DNA of 64,000 nt from an uncultured bacterium (GTDB taxonomy: Bacteria; Bacteroidota; Ignavibacteria; UBA10030; BY39), in NCBI GenBank assembly GCA_937967455.1, contig CALCJK010000013.1:6302-70301 (forward strand). Direction: 5' to 3'. Positions 52,311-62,014 of this stretch are shown here, one piece after another (the first letter of the stretch is position 1; each line of letters opens with the position of its first letter). The notes beneath the pieces are model-generated. The model searched no databases. It had not been told where the DNA came from and was given only the letters and a program-made list of their open reading frames with translations. A program made the position numbers and the translations under genes.

Positions 52311-53744
52311 ATGAGTTTTACTTACATAAGAGATCAAATTATTGGTGTTGATGTTGAAGTCCCGACTTTTGATGGGACAAAAAGAAAATATGTATATCTG
52401 GATAATGCTGCCAGTACACCTGCATTTAAATCGGTTTTAAAATGTATTCAGGAATTTCTACCGTACTATTCAGGTGTTCACCGTGGGACAGGTTTTAAAT
52501 CTTTGCTTTCTACCGAATTATTTGATAGTGCACATGAAATAGCTGGTAATTTTGTAAATGCAAATCTTTCAAACAATACTGTTATCTTTGTTAAAAACAC
52601 AACAGAAGCGGTTAATAAACTTGCTGCACGCCTGTGTCTGAATAAAGATGATATAATTGTTACAACTATGATGGAACACCACTCAAACGATTTGCCATGG
52701 AGAAAATATGCAAAAGTTGTTTATGTGAAAACTGATTCCATGGGTTATCTCGACTTGAATCATCTTGAAGATTTAGTGAGGAAATATAACCAAAATATAA
52801 AACTGATTGCTGTTAGTGGAGCTTCTAATATTACCGGTTATATAAATCCAATTTATCAGATTGCTAAACTTGCTCACAGTTATGGTATTAAAATATTCGT
52901 AGATGCGGCACAATTAATTGCTCATCGCAAATTAGATGTTAAGCCAGACGAAAGTGAAGAGCATATAGATTTTGTTGCTTTTTCTGCGCATAAAATGTAT
53001 GCACCATTTGGTACGGGTGTTCTGATAGGACCCAAAAAAAATTTTGAGGCAGGAGATCCGGATATTGTTGGTGGCGGCGTTGTTGAAATCGTAACTCTGG
53101 AAGAAGTGTACTGGACTTATCCTCCATTTAAAGAAGAAGCTGGAAGTCCAAATGTAATCGGAGGGGTAGCTCTTGCAAGAGCAATTCTGCAACTTCATGA
53201 AATTTCAATGGAAAAAATTGCTCAACACGAGGGAAATTTACTTCAATATGCATATACAAAATTGAAAAAAATCCCCGGAATAGAACTTTATGGAGATACT
53301 AATAATTTGGAAAACAAAGTAGGTGTAATTCCCTTCAATATAAAGGGCATACATCATGCCTTAACTGCCAGTATATTAAGTTTTGAAGGTGGAATTGGAG
53401 TAAGAAATGGTTGTTTCTGCGCTCATCCTTATGTTAAACATTTACTGAAACTAAATCAAGATGAGGAAATACAATTAATTACCCAGATACGAAATGGTGA
53501 TAAATCCAATTTGCCCGGTATGGTAAGAGCAAGTTTAGGTTGTTATAATAACGAAGAAGATATTGATAGATTGGTTCAAATGATTGAAAAAATTGTGAAT
53601 AATGAATATAAAGGTAAATATATCCTGAACCAGCGTACAGGAACGTATACTCTACAGGGGTTTAATATAAATTTAAAAGAATACTTCCCATTACATCCGG
53701 AAAGTTCGTTCTATATGGATAAACATTATCCTGAGTCGGCATAA
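52311..53744 (+). CDS. Class V PLP aminotransferase / SufS-like cysteine desulfurase
   Basis: YLDNAAST, EHHSN, DAAQ, SAHKMY and VRNGCFCAHP motifs. Confidence 0.85.
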   Translation: MSFTYIRDQIIGVDVEVPTFDGTKRKYVYLDNAASTPAFKSVLKCIQEFLPYYSGVHRGTGFKSLLSTELFDSAHEIAGNFVNANLSNNTVIFVKNTTEAVNKLAARLCLNKDDIIVTTMMEHHSNDLPWRKYAKVVYVKTDSMGYLDLNHLEDLVRKYNQNIKLIAVSGASNITGYINPIYQIAKLAHSYGIKIFVDAAQLIAHRKLDVKPDESEEHIDFVAFSAHKMYAPFGTGVLIGPKKNFEAGDPDIVGGGVVEIVTLEEVYWTYPPFKEEAGSPNVIGGVALARAILQLHEISMEKIAQHEGNLLQYAYTKLKKIPGIELYGDTNNLENKVGVIPFNIKGIHHALTASILSFEGGIGVRNGCFCAHPYVKHLLKLNQDEEIQLITQIRNGDKSNLPGMVRASLGCYNNEEDIDRLVQMIEKIVNNEYKGKYILNQRTGTYTLQGFNINLKEYFPLHPESSFYMDKHYPESA

Positions 53745-53764
53745 ATTAAACAATTAACTTTAAT

Positions 53765-54862
53765 ATGATTTTAAAAATAATATTTACGATCATTATTCTA
53801 ATTCATGGTTTAATACATTTCTTGGGATTTTTAAAAGCCTTTAGTTTTGCAGAAGTTCCTCAATTAAAACAAGAAATCAATCAATTTACAGGAGTAATCT
53901 GGCTAATTTCAGGATTGGCATTTTTAATTGTGGCAATTACAATCTGGCTTTATCCTGATAAATGGTGGCTGTTTGGAATTTTAGCAATAGTTTTATCACA
54001 GATAATTATTTTCACTTCCTGGCAGGATGCTAAATTTGGTACAATTGCTAATATTATAATTTTGTTTATTTCTATTCTGAACTACGGTAGTTTCAGCTTT
54101 GAAAGAGAATATAAAAAAGATGTAGAGGCAAAACTGTCAATCAATAAATTTTCTTCTGAAGATATACTAACAGATGCAGATCTGATTGAGTTGCCTTTAC
54201 CTGTCCAACGTTATCTTAGATATGTAGGGGCTGTTAATAAACCAAAAGTTAAAAATATGAGAGTTGTAATGGAAGGCGAAATGAGAGAAAAGGGTAAGGA
54301 TTGGTTTACATTCCATTCTGAACAATATAACTTCTTTGATAACCCAGCACGATTATTTTTTATGAAAGGTAGAATGTTTGGTTTAAATGTTCCCGGATAT
54401 CATAAATTTGCTGAAGGTAAAGCTTCAATGAATATAAAACTTTTCGGAATGTTTTCGGTTGTACAGCATTTAGGCGGAGTAATGAATAAAACTGAAACCG
54501 TAACTTATTTCAATGATATGTGTTTAATGGCTCCTGCAGCTTTAATTGATAAAAGAATAAAATGGGAATCTATCGACGAGAGAACTGTTAAAGCTAAATT
54601 TGTAAATGGAGATATTGATATAACTGCTACATTGTATTTTGATGATGATGGTAAGTTAGTAAACTTTTTATCCTATGATAGAACTTCGGTTTCTGATATG
54701 AAACAGTATCCATTTTCCACACCTGTTAATAAGTATGATAACTTTAATGGATATAAAATCGTAGCAGAAGGTGATGGTGTTTGGCATTATCCAGATGAAA
54801 AATTTGTTTATGGTAAATTTTCTATTAAAGATATAGAGTATAATGTTTCAATTTTTAAATGA
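53765..54862 (+). CDS. Membrane-anchored DUF6544-like protein
   Basis: N-terminal TM helices (HGLIH..GF), then LPLPVQRYL..GAV.KP and E...YFNDMCLMAP.AL. Confidence 0.65.
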   Translation: MILKIIFTIIILIHGLIHFLGFLKAFSFAEVPQLKQEINQFTGVIWLISGLAFLIVAITIWLYPDKWWLFGILAIVLSQIIIFTSWQDAKFGTIANIIILFISILNYGSFSFEREYKKDVEAKLSINKFSSEDILTDADLIELPLPVQRYLRYVGAVNKPKVKNMRVVMEGEMREKGKDWFTFHSEQYNFFDNPARLFFMKGRMFGLNVPGYHKFAEGKASMNIKLFGMFSVVQHLGGVMNKTETVTYFNDMCLMAPAALIDKRIKWESIDERTVKAKFVNGDIDITATLYFDDDGKLVNFLSYDRTSVSDMKQYPFSTPVNKYDNFNGYKIVAEGDGVWHYPDEKFVYGKFSIKDIEYNVSIFK

Positions 54863-54985
54863 TGAAGTTCCTTTTACAATTAAAATGTGCTTTCGATTTT
54901 AATATATACTTGGAATGTCAGAGGGCTAACTCATCTAAAAACTTAAAGAATAAATTATTTAAAACTGAATAAACATAGGACCAAT

Positions 54986-55735
54986 ATGTCAGGTATTAAG
55001 ATTGAAGAAATTGAAAATATCAAGCGAGGTGTTAGCTGGAGTGAAATAAAAAATAGTATGAAGCAACAGGGTTGCCCGATTTGTATCCTAATATCACAAT
55101 CAGTTGAAAAATATTTTAAGTTTCTCTTATATGAATATGCGCTTGATGCCACAGTTCAAAAGAAGATTCAAATGTCATTTGGATTGTGTAGCATTCATAC
55201 AAGGATTCTAAAAGATTCTGAAATAAAACTGAAAAGTGATGGATTAAATATCAGTGTGCTTTATGAGAATGTTTTAAAAAAAGAATTGAAGATACTAAAA
55301 CAGGCTGAGAATAAAATCAAAGAAACAAATGCAAAATTATATAGCATTGTTAAGAAAAAGGCAGATCTGTCTAATTATAAAAAAGTGATAACTTCTGAAA
55401 TGCAATCTAAAGCTGGATGCTTGGGTTGTTTGAACCAGAAGGAGAACGAATCCTTTTACACTCACGAGATTATAAGATTATATGCTGATCAAGAATTTAG
55501 AGAAAGGTTTGAGAAATATAATGTAATGTTGTGCAGAAGACATTTTATATTTTTAGTAAACGAATCAGAAAGTAAGGAAGCGATAGAATATTTTTTGAAG
55601 GTGCAACAGCAGAAAATTTCGGAATTATATACTCAATTAACAGATTTCATCGAGAAGCACGACCATCGGTTAAAAAGTCAGATGACAGATGTTGAGAGGA
55701 GATCATGGGAAAGGGTTCTGGAATATTTTGGATAG
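54986..55735 (+). CDS. DUF6062-like protein with duplicated CxxC...CxxH motifs
   Basis: CPIC...LCSIH and CLGC...LCRRH. Confidence 0.7.
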   Translation: MSGIKIEEIENIKRGVSWSEIKNSMKQQGCPICILISQSVEKYFKFLLYEYALDATVQKKIQMSFGLCSIHTRILKDSEIKLKSDGLNISVLYENVLKKELKILKQAENKIKETNAKLYSIVKKKADLSNYKKVITSEMQSKAGCLGCLNQKENESFYTHEIIRLYADQEFRERFEKYNVMLCRRHFIFLVNESESKEAIEYFLKVQQQKISELYTQLTDFIEKHDHRLKSQMTDVERRSWERVLEYFG

Positions 55736-55773
55736 AGATTAAGTTATTTTTCATTTGTTTATAGAAATAGGAT

Positions 55774-56700
55774 TTATAATTTAGCTTTTTTGAGAAGCTT
55801 TGTAATCAGATTTAATTTATCAAGAGCCGCTATTTCGCCAGCAGTTATAATTTCTTTTGCTTTATAAAAAGCAAGTAAATCATATTTATTAACATCTGGT
55901 TTTATTAGCACATCGGGTGGATGGTTTTTTAAATTTATTTCTAAAATTTTGTTTTCCATAATTGATAAAGATTGTCGGAGTGTTTGAAAAAGAGTAGGAT
56001 ATTCTTTTAGAAATTTATCATTTTGTTTTTTATTTGAATTTACTTTTATTCGTTCTAAGATTTTGAATTTGTTTTTGATTTCTGTGAATTTTTTATTTAT
56101 CCTGCTATATAAAATATTTTCTTTTTTGGATTTGAATTGTCCGGGTTCTGGTGTAACATTAACAGCTATAACTATAGTTGCGCCATATTGCTTTGCAACA
56201 TTTACAGGTAGTGGATTTACAAGTCCGCCATCCACTAAATAATTTTGTTTATATAGAACAGGTTTAAACAATCCGGGTATAGCTATGCTTGTTAGTATTG
56301 CATCCACAACTGTACCTTTTGTATGTAGAACTTCTTCACCTGTGGTAATATCTGTAGCAACTGCAATGAAGGGAATATTTAGGCTTTCGATTTTTTTCTC
56401 ACCCAGATAAATTTTTAAATAATTTTTAATTTGTTCTCCATCTATGAAGCCAGAAGTCGATATACTTGGCAGCAGCATCTTTGCTACGAATTTTTTATCT
56501 GTTGATAGTGCAAGTTCTTCCATTATGGAAAGTTTTATGCCTGCTGCATAGAAGGCACCAACAAAAGCACCGATACTTGTACCAACAATTAAGTGGATTG
56601 GGATATTATATTTCTCCAAAATTTTTAGAACTCCGATATGAGCTAGACCTCTTGCGCCGCCGCTACCTAAAACAAGCGCTATTTTAGATTTTTCTTGCAT
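55774..56700 (-). CDS. Patatin-like phospholipase (RssA/NTE family)
   Basis: GSGGARG, GTSIG and DGG motifs. Confidence 0.92.
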   Translation of the reverse strand: MQEKSKIALVLGSGGARGLAHIGVLKILEKYNIPIHLIVGTSIGAFVGAFYAAGIKLSIMEELALSTDKKFVAKMLLPSISTSGFIDGEQIKNYLKIYLGEKKIESLNIPFIAVATDITTGEEVLHTKGTVVDAILTSIAIPGLFKPVLYKQNYLVDGGLVNPLPVNVAKQYGATIVIAVNVTPEPGQFKSKKENILYSRINKKFTEIKNKFKILERIKVNSNKKQNDKFLKEYPTLFQTLRQSLSIMENKILEINLKNHPPDVLIKPDVNKYDLLAFYKAKEIITAGEIAALDKLNLITKLLKKAKL

Positions 56701-56938
56701 TCTTTGAGAGAATATAACAAAAATTTAGCAAATAGATGATATACTTTTAATGTAAATATTCGTCATCTTGTTTTTTGTTTTGAAAAGGTATAAATTTAAC
56801 TGAAATTAAAAATGCAAAGCGAAATTTTAAAAGAAGTTTTAATAAATAGAAATAAATGAAAAATTCAATAGTATTTATAATTGAGAGTATTATACGAACT
56901 AAAAAAGATTTATTATGAGATGAAACCAAGTTAATTAT

Positions 56939-57853
56939 ATGAAGAAAAAACAAAAAATTTATGAAGTAAAATCCAAAATGAAGTTTAGTGATAATGTAGA
57001 TCAGGTTTATCATATTTTGGATTATAATTTTCCTGAAAAAAATTGTGTTTTTAAAGATGAACAAAAAGGCATTATGCTCTATCAAACTGATTGCATTAAA
57101 TTTATGGATATTTTAATTAACAAATATCCTGATGGTATTTTTGATATGATCTTTGCCGATCCACCGTATTTCTTATCAAATGGTGGAATAACCTGTTATG
57201 CTGGAAAAATGACAAAAGTAGATAAAGGCAACTGGGATAGATCAAAGGGAATTAATGAGAATCACGAATTTAATCTTATGTGGCTTTCGAGGTGTCAGAA
57301 ATTACTAAAACCTAATGGCACAATTTGGGTTTCAGGAACTCATCATGTTATTTATTCAGTGGGTTTTGCCATGCAACAATTAGAAATGAAAATATTAAAC
57401 GATATTGCATGGGAAAAACCCAATCCACCACCAAATCTTTCTTGTAGATACTTTACACATTCAACTGAGACAATTATATGGGCTGCAAAAAACACAAAGT
57501 CTAAACATACTTTTAATTATGATATTATAAGGAAAATTAATAAAGGTAAACAGATGAAAACTGTATGGACAATTCCTGCTCCGAACGGAAAAGAAAAAAA
57601 ATTTGGAAAGCATCCAACCCAAAAACCCGTTCAATTACTTGAAAGGATAATTTTAGCAAGTACTAAAGAAAAAGATCTGATTTTCGACCCTTTTGCTGGA
57701 AGTTCTACCACAGGAGTCGCTGCAATCAAATTAAATAGAAGATTTATTGGATGTGAACTTGAAAATGAGTATGTATCATTATCAATTAAAAGGTTAAAGG
57801 AATATATAAATAATGTAAATAGTTATCAAAATATTTTTGGTGATATTATATGA
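56939..57853 (+). CDS. Beta-class amino DNA methyltransferase, DpnA (M2.DpnII)-like
   Basis: FADPPYFLSNGG, WEKPNPPPNLSCRYFTHSTE, HPTQKP and DPFAGSSTTG, in motif IV-then-I order. Confidence 0.88.
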   Translation: MKKKQKIYEVKSKMKFSDNVDQVYHILDYNFPEKNCVFKDEQKGIMLYQTDCIKFMDILINKYPDGIFDMIFADPPYFLSNGGITCYAGKMTKVDKGNWDRSKGINENHEFNLMWLSRCQKLLKPNGTIWVSGTHHVIYSVGFAMQQLEMKILNDIAWEKPNPPPNLSCRYFTHSTETIIWAAKNTKSKHTFNYDIIRKINKGKQMKTVWTIPAPNGKEKKFGKHPTQKPVQLLERIILASTKEKDLIFDPFAGSSTTGVAAIKLNRRFIGCELENEYVSLSIKRLKEYINNVNSYQNIFGDII

Positions 57854-58389
57854 AAAAGGGAGGTGTTGGAGGAGCAAGTACTTTAACTGGTTTGAACTTC
57901 GAAAAAAAAGTTGATTTACATGTACTATTATCAAGAATTCCAGGATATGAGTTAAAAAAACCAAAAGACAGATCGGGAGTGGACGTGTATTTTAAAAATA
58001 ATTTAGTGGCTCGTTGTTTTAGAAAACATGAGTTTTATAAATTTCTTGATGAAAATAATATTAATTGGAAAAAATTAATTTCAAGGAAACTTCTTCCGGA
58101 TGATGCAATGCTTGTAATTATCAGAGAAACCTTATTTATAATCGAAGTCAAATATCAACAGGTTGCTGGTTCGGTTGATGAGAAATTACAGACATGTGAT
58201 TTCAAAAGAAAACAATATTTAAAGCTGGTAACTCCATTAGGACTAAAAGTCGAATATGTGTATGTATTAAGTGAATGGTTCAATAAAAAAGAATATAAAG
58301 ATGTGTTGGATTATATTCAGAGTGTTAATTGTCACTATAAATTTAATGAATTACCACTCGCATGGTTAGGATTACCTGTTCAAAAGTGA
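57850..58389 (+). CDS. PD-(D/E)XK nuclease, putative restriction endonuclease
   Basis: GLNFE, LLPDDA, IIEVKYQ and GSVDEKLQ. ATGA overlap with the methylase stop. Confidence 0.72.
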   Translation: MKKGGVGGASTLTGLNFEKKVDLHVLLSRIPGYELKKPKDRSGVDVYFKNNLVARCFRKHEFYKFLDENNINWKKLISRKLLPDDAMLVIIRETLFIIEVKYQQVAGSVDEKLQTCDFKRKQYLKLVTPLGLKVEYVYVLSEWFNKKEYKDVLDYIQSVNCHYKFNELPLAWLGLPVQK

Positions 58390-58715
58390 AAATCATTGAA
58401 TTATTAGTGTTTGAAGATTAATTTGTTTGGGATGGTTAATTCCAGAACTCAATCATTAAAAACACAAAATTTAAAGGTAAATTGCTGAAATTGGGAATTA
58501 AATTTGATATTTGAAAGAAATTTTATTGTTTTCGCTTGATTTTATCAGTTTTATAAATATTTAAAGTACCAAGAGAATATTTTTTTAAATTTTTCCGCAA
58601 ACATACATAAGTGTAACTATAATACTAATAGAAAGGGTTAATTGAAAGATTCACATTGTGCTGGATTAGTAGAGACTGGGTGGATCTCTTTAGATCAACA
58701 GCATTGAAATTTTAA

Positions 58716-58747
58716 AGCAGAATTCCGGGAGGGTTCTGCTATATTTT
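58716..58747. terminator. Hairpin, possibly a bidirectional terminator
   Basis: AGCAGAA/TTCTGCT stem, extended by G-U pairs on the + strand, next to the stop of the convergent gene 58747..59505. Confidence 0.5.
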
Positions 58748-59505
58748 CATTGCGCAATCAGTGCTTTTTTACCATTAATTACCAGAGTTTTATGAATTCC
58801 AATCTGATTGTTTAATATAAGCGAAGTTACAACCTTATCAATTTCATCATTGGATGCAAAATTTTTTAATATCTTTTTTATCTGTGGTCTTGAGATCCCT
58901 TCACTGCTCTTTATTATATAATGAATTATTTTTCTGATAGCTTCTTTACGTGATAACTTTAAAACTTTCTTCGTCAATCTTCCATCATATTTCCAGGCAG
59001 CTTTCCACAATTGACCAAGCTTCTTGTCGTATCCAACTTTAAAAATCCAGAACTCCCTCTGTAATTTCTTTAAAATTTTATCTAACTCTTTTTTTGATTT
59101 TATTGGCATTGTATCAAAAAAATATTGCAGATATTTTTGAGGAGTGATCTTTTGCTTTACAATAAAATCGTAAACCTCAATTTCATAATTAGTATAATAA
59201 TTTCTAGGTAGCTTTTTCAATGGAGTGTTATTTTTTGTTTTTTGAATTTTAAGTGAATATAAACAAGCGAGCATATCTCTCGAAATAATACACCTTAAAT
59301 TTGATAATCCGTTATGTTCAATTCCAAATTTATTTTTATACATCTCCTCAAGGAATTTTTTTATAAAAAGATTTATCTCGCTCTTTGGAAGTTGGTATTT
59401 GAGATGATCAAAAATAACTTTATCGAGTGATATGATAGGAAATTTTGAATTTTGCCTTATTAAGATTATACCATTTGATTCCAGATATCTGAAGAGATTT
59501 TTCAT
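58747..59505 (-). CDS. Basic hypothetical protein, possibly with winged-helix domains
   Basis: 252-aa ORF at the end of the peptidase-transporter operon, with a C-terminal GISRPQIKKIL...IDKVVTSL helix-turn-helix-like stretch. Confidence 0.55.
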   Translation of the reverse strand: MKNLFRYLESNGIILIRQNSKFPIISLDKVIFDHLKYQLPKSEINLFIKKFLEEMYKNKFGIEHNGLSNLRCIISRDMLACLYSLKIQKTKNNTPLKKLPRNYYTNYEIEVYDFIVKQKITPQKYLQYFFDTMPIKSKKELDKILKKLQREFWIFKVGYDKKLGQLWKAAWKYDGRLTKKVLKLSRKEAIRKIIHYIIKSSEGISRPQIKKILKNFASNDEIDKVVTSLILNNQIGIHKTLVINGKKALIAQ

Positions 59506-59511
59506 TTGTCT

Positions 59512-60774
59512 CTAATTTGATTTTTTGATGAAAAATTTATTGTAGAAGTACATAAAAAATATACAAACAAAACCAATAGCCGAAACCATCAACCACATAT
59601 ATGTGGGTTGATAAGATTTTTCAAGAAAGTTACTAACCAGAAATCCTCCAAGCGGACCAGCCACAAATGATCCAATAGCAACAGGAAGAAAAGCAAATCC
59701 CATGAATGTTCCTACTTGATCCTTTGGTGCAAGTGAGGAAACATATTCATAAAATCTTGGTGCCTGAGTAGCCTCTCCAATTGCAAATAAACCAACTGTG
59801 AAAATTGCTACATATACATTTTGAAATATTGCAAGTATTAACCATGAAAAACTAGCAATTGTAAATCCAACTAAAATTGCTGTAAAAGGTTTCCACTTTT
59901 TTACAATTGCAGCAATCGGAATTGTTGCAAAAATTATCGTCCATGGTCCAACAGCTTCAATTAACTCGAACTTTTCAAATTTTAATACATTAATTATAAA
60001 AAATGGGAGAGAATAGAATATCTGCCAAAACATAATCCAGAATCCTGAAAATATAACAAGAAAACTAATAAACTTTATATTTTTAAAAACAAGAATCATA
60101 TCTACAAAAACTTTTCCAAGTGTTCTTTTTTCAGTTGCCTCATCGCTGTTTCCTGGTTCACGGAAAAATATTATAGTTCCTAAAAACAATAGAAATGATG
60201 TGAAGGACGACATTATTAAAACATATTCAATTCCAAGATTTTCTCTAACTTGTAAAGCAAGTATGGGACCAATAGCACCGCCAATGTTCACCATTGTATA
60301 ATAAATTGAGTAGCCAAGTGCTTTTACATCCGATTTGCTGGTTTTTGCCACAGTTCCTACAATACAAGGTTTAATTAAAGAACCTCCTACAGCAGTGAGC
60401 AGTATTACAATAGTTACATAAGTCGTTTTTCCTATTGCATTCACAATGCTTTGACTGAATTCTAAGCCAGCCATACCAATCAAAAAATATCCTATAGAAA
60501 ATAATGCAAAACATGTCATCAGTGTTTTTTTAAATCCATATCTATCCACGAATGTACCTGCAATAATTGGAAGTGAGAATATAAGTCCAGAATACAGACC
60601 TGCGAGTGTTCCTGCTGCTTGTGCTCCAAGTCCAACCTTTATTGCTAAGTAGACAGTTAAAATTGCCTTTGTGCCATAAAAAGCAAATCTTTCGAATAAC
60701 TCCAATATGTTGGCAACCCAGAACTGCTTCTGGAAACCAGTTTTCATTGATTCAATAGTTTTTGATATTTCCAC
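59512..60774 (-). CDS. MFS transporter, POT/PTR peptide transporter-like
   Basis: ELFERFAFYG (ExxER motif), GTFVDRYG, YSIYYTMVNIG and about 12 TM helices. Confidence 0.88.
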   Translation of the reverse strand: MEISKTIESMKTGFQKQFWVANILELFERFAFYGTKAILTVYLAIKVGLGAQAAGTLAGLYSGLIFSLPIIAGTFVDRYGFKKTLMTCFALFSIGYFLIGMAGLEFSQSIVNAIGKTTYVTIVILLTAVGGSLIKPCIVGTVAKTSKSDVKALGYSIYYTMVNIGGAIGPILALQVRENLGIEYVLIMSSFTSFLLFLGTIIFFREPGNSDEATEKRTLGKVFVDMILVFKNIKFISFLVIFSGFWIMFWQIFYSLPFFIINVLKFEKFELIEAVGPWTIIFATIPIAAIVKKWKPFTAILVGFTIASFSWLILAIFQNVYVAIFTVGLFAIGEATQAPRFYEYVSSLAPKDQVGTFMGFAFLPVAIGSFVAGPLGGFLVSNFLEKSYQPTYMWLMVSAIGFVCIFFMYFYNKFFIKKSN

Positions 60775-60784
60775 AATTTCCTCA

Positions 60785-61963
60785 CTATTTTATTAATACG
60801 ATTTCTTTTTGAACCTCACCAGTTACAACAGGTTCACCATTGTGTTTTATAAACATGTTAATTTCCGATCTTACCGCCATTTTGCCTTCGAGATAAATTC
60901 CTGGTTCAATCGAGAAGCAAGCACCAGGCATAAGCTGCCGCTCGTCTTTAGTTTCAAGATTGTCTATGTTTGCACCATTTCCATGAACTTCGGTTCCGAT
61001 TGAGTGACCTGTTCGGTGTATAAAGTATTTCCCGTAACCAGCTTTTTTGATTACATTCCTACAAACCTCATCAACTTCCCAACCACAACAAGTTTTTTTC
61101 TTTGCAAATCTTTCAATAACAAAATTTACTGCTGTATCTCTTGCTTGCTTAACGATATTAAAAATCTTCTCATACTCTGCTGGTGGCTTATCACCTATAT
61201 ATCCAACCCAGGTTATATCATAATAAATTCCACCTGGAACATCTCGCTTTGCCCATAAATCAATTAATACAGTGTCACCTTTTTTAAAAATTCGAGAGTT
61301 CTCTGGTGTTGGCTCAAAATGTGGATCAGCAGGGTGGTCGTTCACACCTACGATAGGTGCATCATGCGTAACCAGTCCTTCCTCTTTAAATCTTTTTAAG
61401 ATAAATTGCTGAACATCATATTCTTTGAGATTTAAATTTTCTTTTACCGACTTTCCTATAAGTTCAAATGCATCATTTCTAATTTTATCAATAATTTTTC
61501 CAGCTTCAAGGTGTAATTTATAACCGTTGTTATCAATAGCTGCTTCAAATTCCGAAACAAGATCAGCAGAAGAAACAATTTTATAACCAAAGCTTTTGAT
61601 TAGCTCGACTGTTCCCGCATCCACTATTGAGATGTATGGAATATTGTTTTTTGGAGAATATTGCATTGCAATTTTTTTGCTATTACCTAAAATTTTTCTT
61701 AGTTGCTTGTGTTGTTCTTCCCAGGCAAGGTAGATATATTTTTTCCCAGGCAGAGAGTCAAGTTTAAATTTCTCGACTGTGTGTACAAGTTTTTTAGGTT
61801 CACCTTTAGCTGGAATAAAATAAAACCACCTGCGAGTACATAATTTTGAACTATCAAGCCCAAGTATCCGATATGCAATCTGATCCCTGTTATGGAAGTC
61901 GTAAAATAGCCATCCATCGAGATTTCTATTTCTTAGAGCTAATTGAATTTTTTTTAGATTCAT
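60785..61963 (-). CDS. M24 family Xaa-Pro aminopeptidase
   Basis: LIDLW, YYDITW, HRTGHSIG, SIEPGIY and VRSE metal ligands. Confidence 0.9.
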   Translation of the reverse strand: MNLKKIQLALRNRNLDGWLFYDFHNRDQIAYRILGLDSSKLCTRRWFYFIPAKGEPKKLVHTVEKFKLDSLPGKKYIYLAWEEQHKQLRKILGNSKKIAMQYSPKNNIPYISIVDAGTVELIKSFGYKIVSSADLVSEFEAAIDNNGYKLHLEAGKIIDKIRNDAFELIGKSVKENLNLKEYDVQQFILKRFKEEGLVTHDAPIVGVNDHPADPHFEPTPENSRIFKKGDTVLIDLWAKRDVPGGIYYDITWVGYIGDKPPAEYEKIFNIVKQARDTAVNFVIERFAKKKTCCGWEVDEVCRNVIKKAGYGKYFIHRTGHSIGTEVHGNGANIDNLETKDERQLMPGACFSIEPGIYLEGKMAVRSEINMFIKHNGEPVVTGEVQKEIVLIK

Positions 61964-62014
61964 ATGGTTTTCTCCAAAATTTTATTTAAATTAAATTAAA
62001 GTTAAGCAAAGATT

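Noticed and set aside
54860..54985. Possible fluoride riboswitch (GATGAAGTTC seed)
   Set aside because: The downstream pseudoknot and GCTRATGAC-like elements are missing, and no fluoride exporter follows.
56747..57085. 112-aa minus-strand ORF overlapping the methylase start
   Set aside because: It is low-complexity F/I/L-rich translation of AT-rich DNA, antisense to a real gene.
58390..58745. Integron attC site flanking the methylase-nuclease cassette
   Set aside because: No properly paired RYYYAAC/GTTRRRY boxes and no integron integrase.
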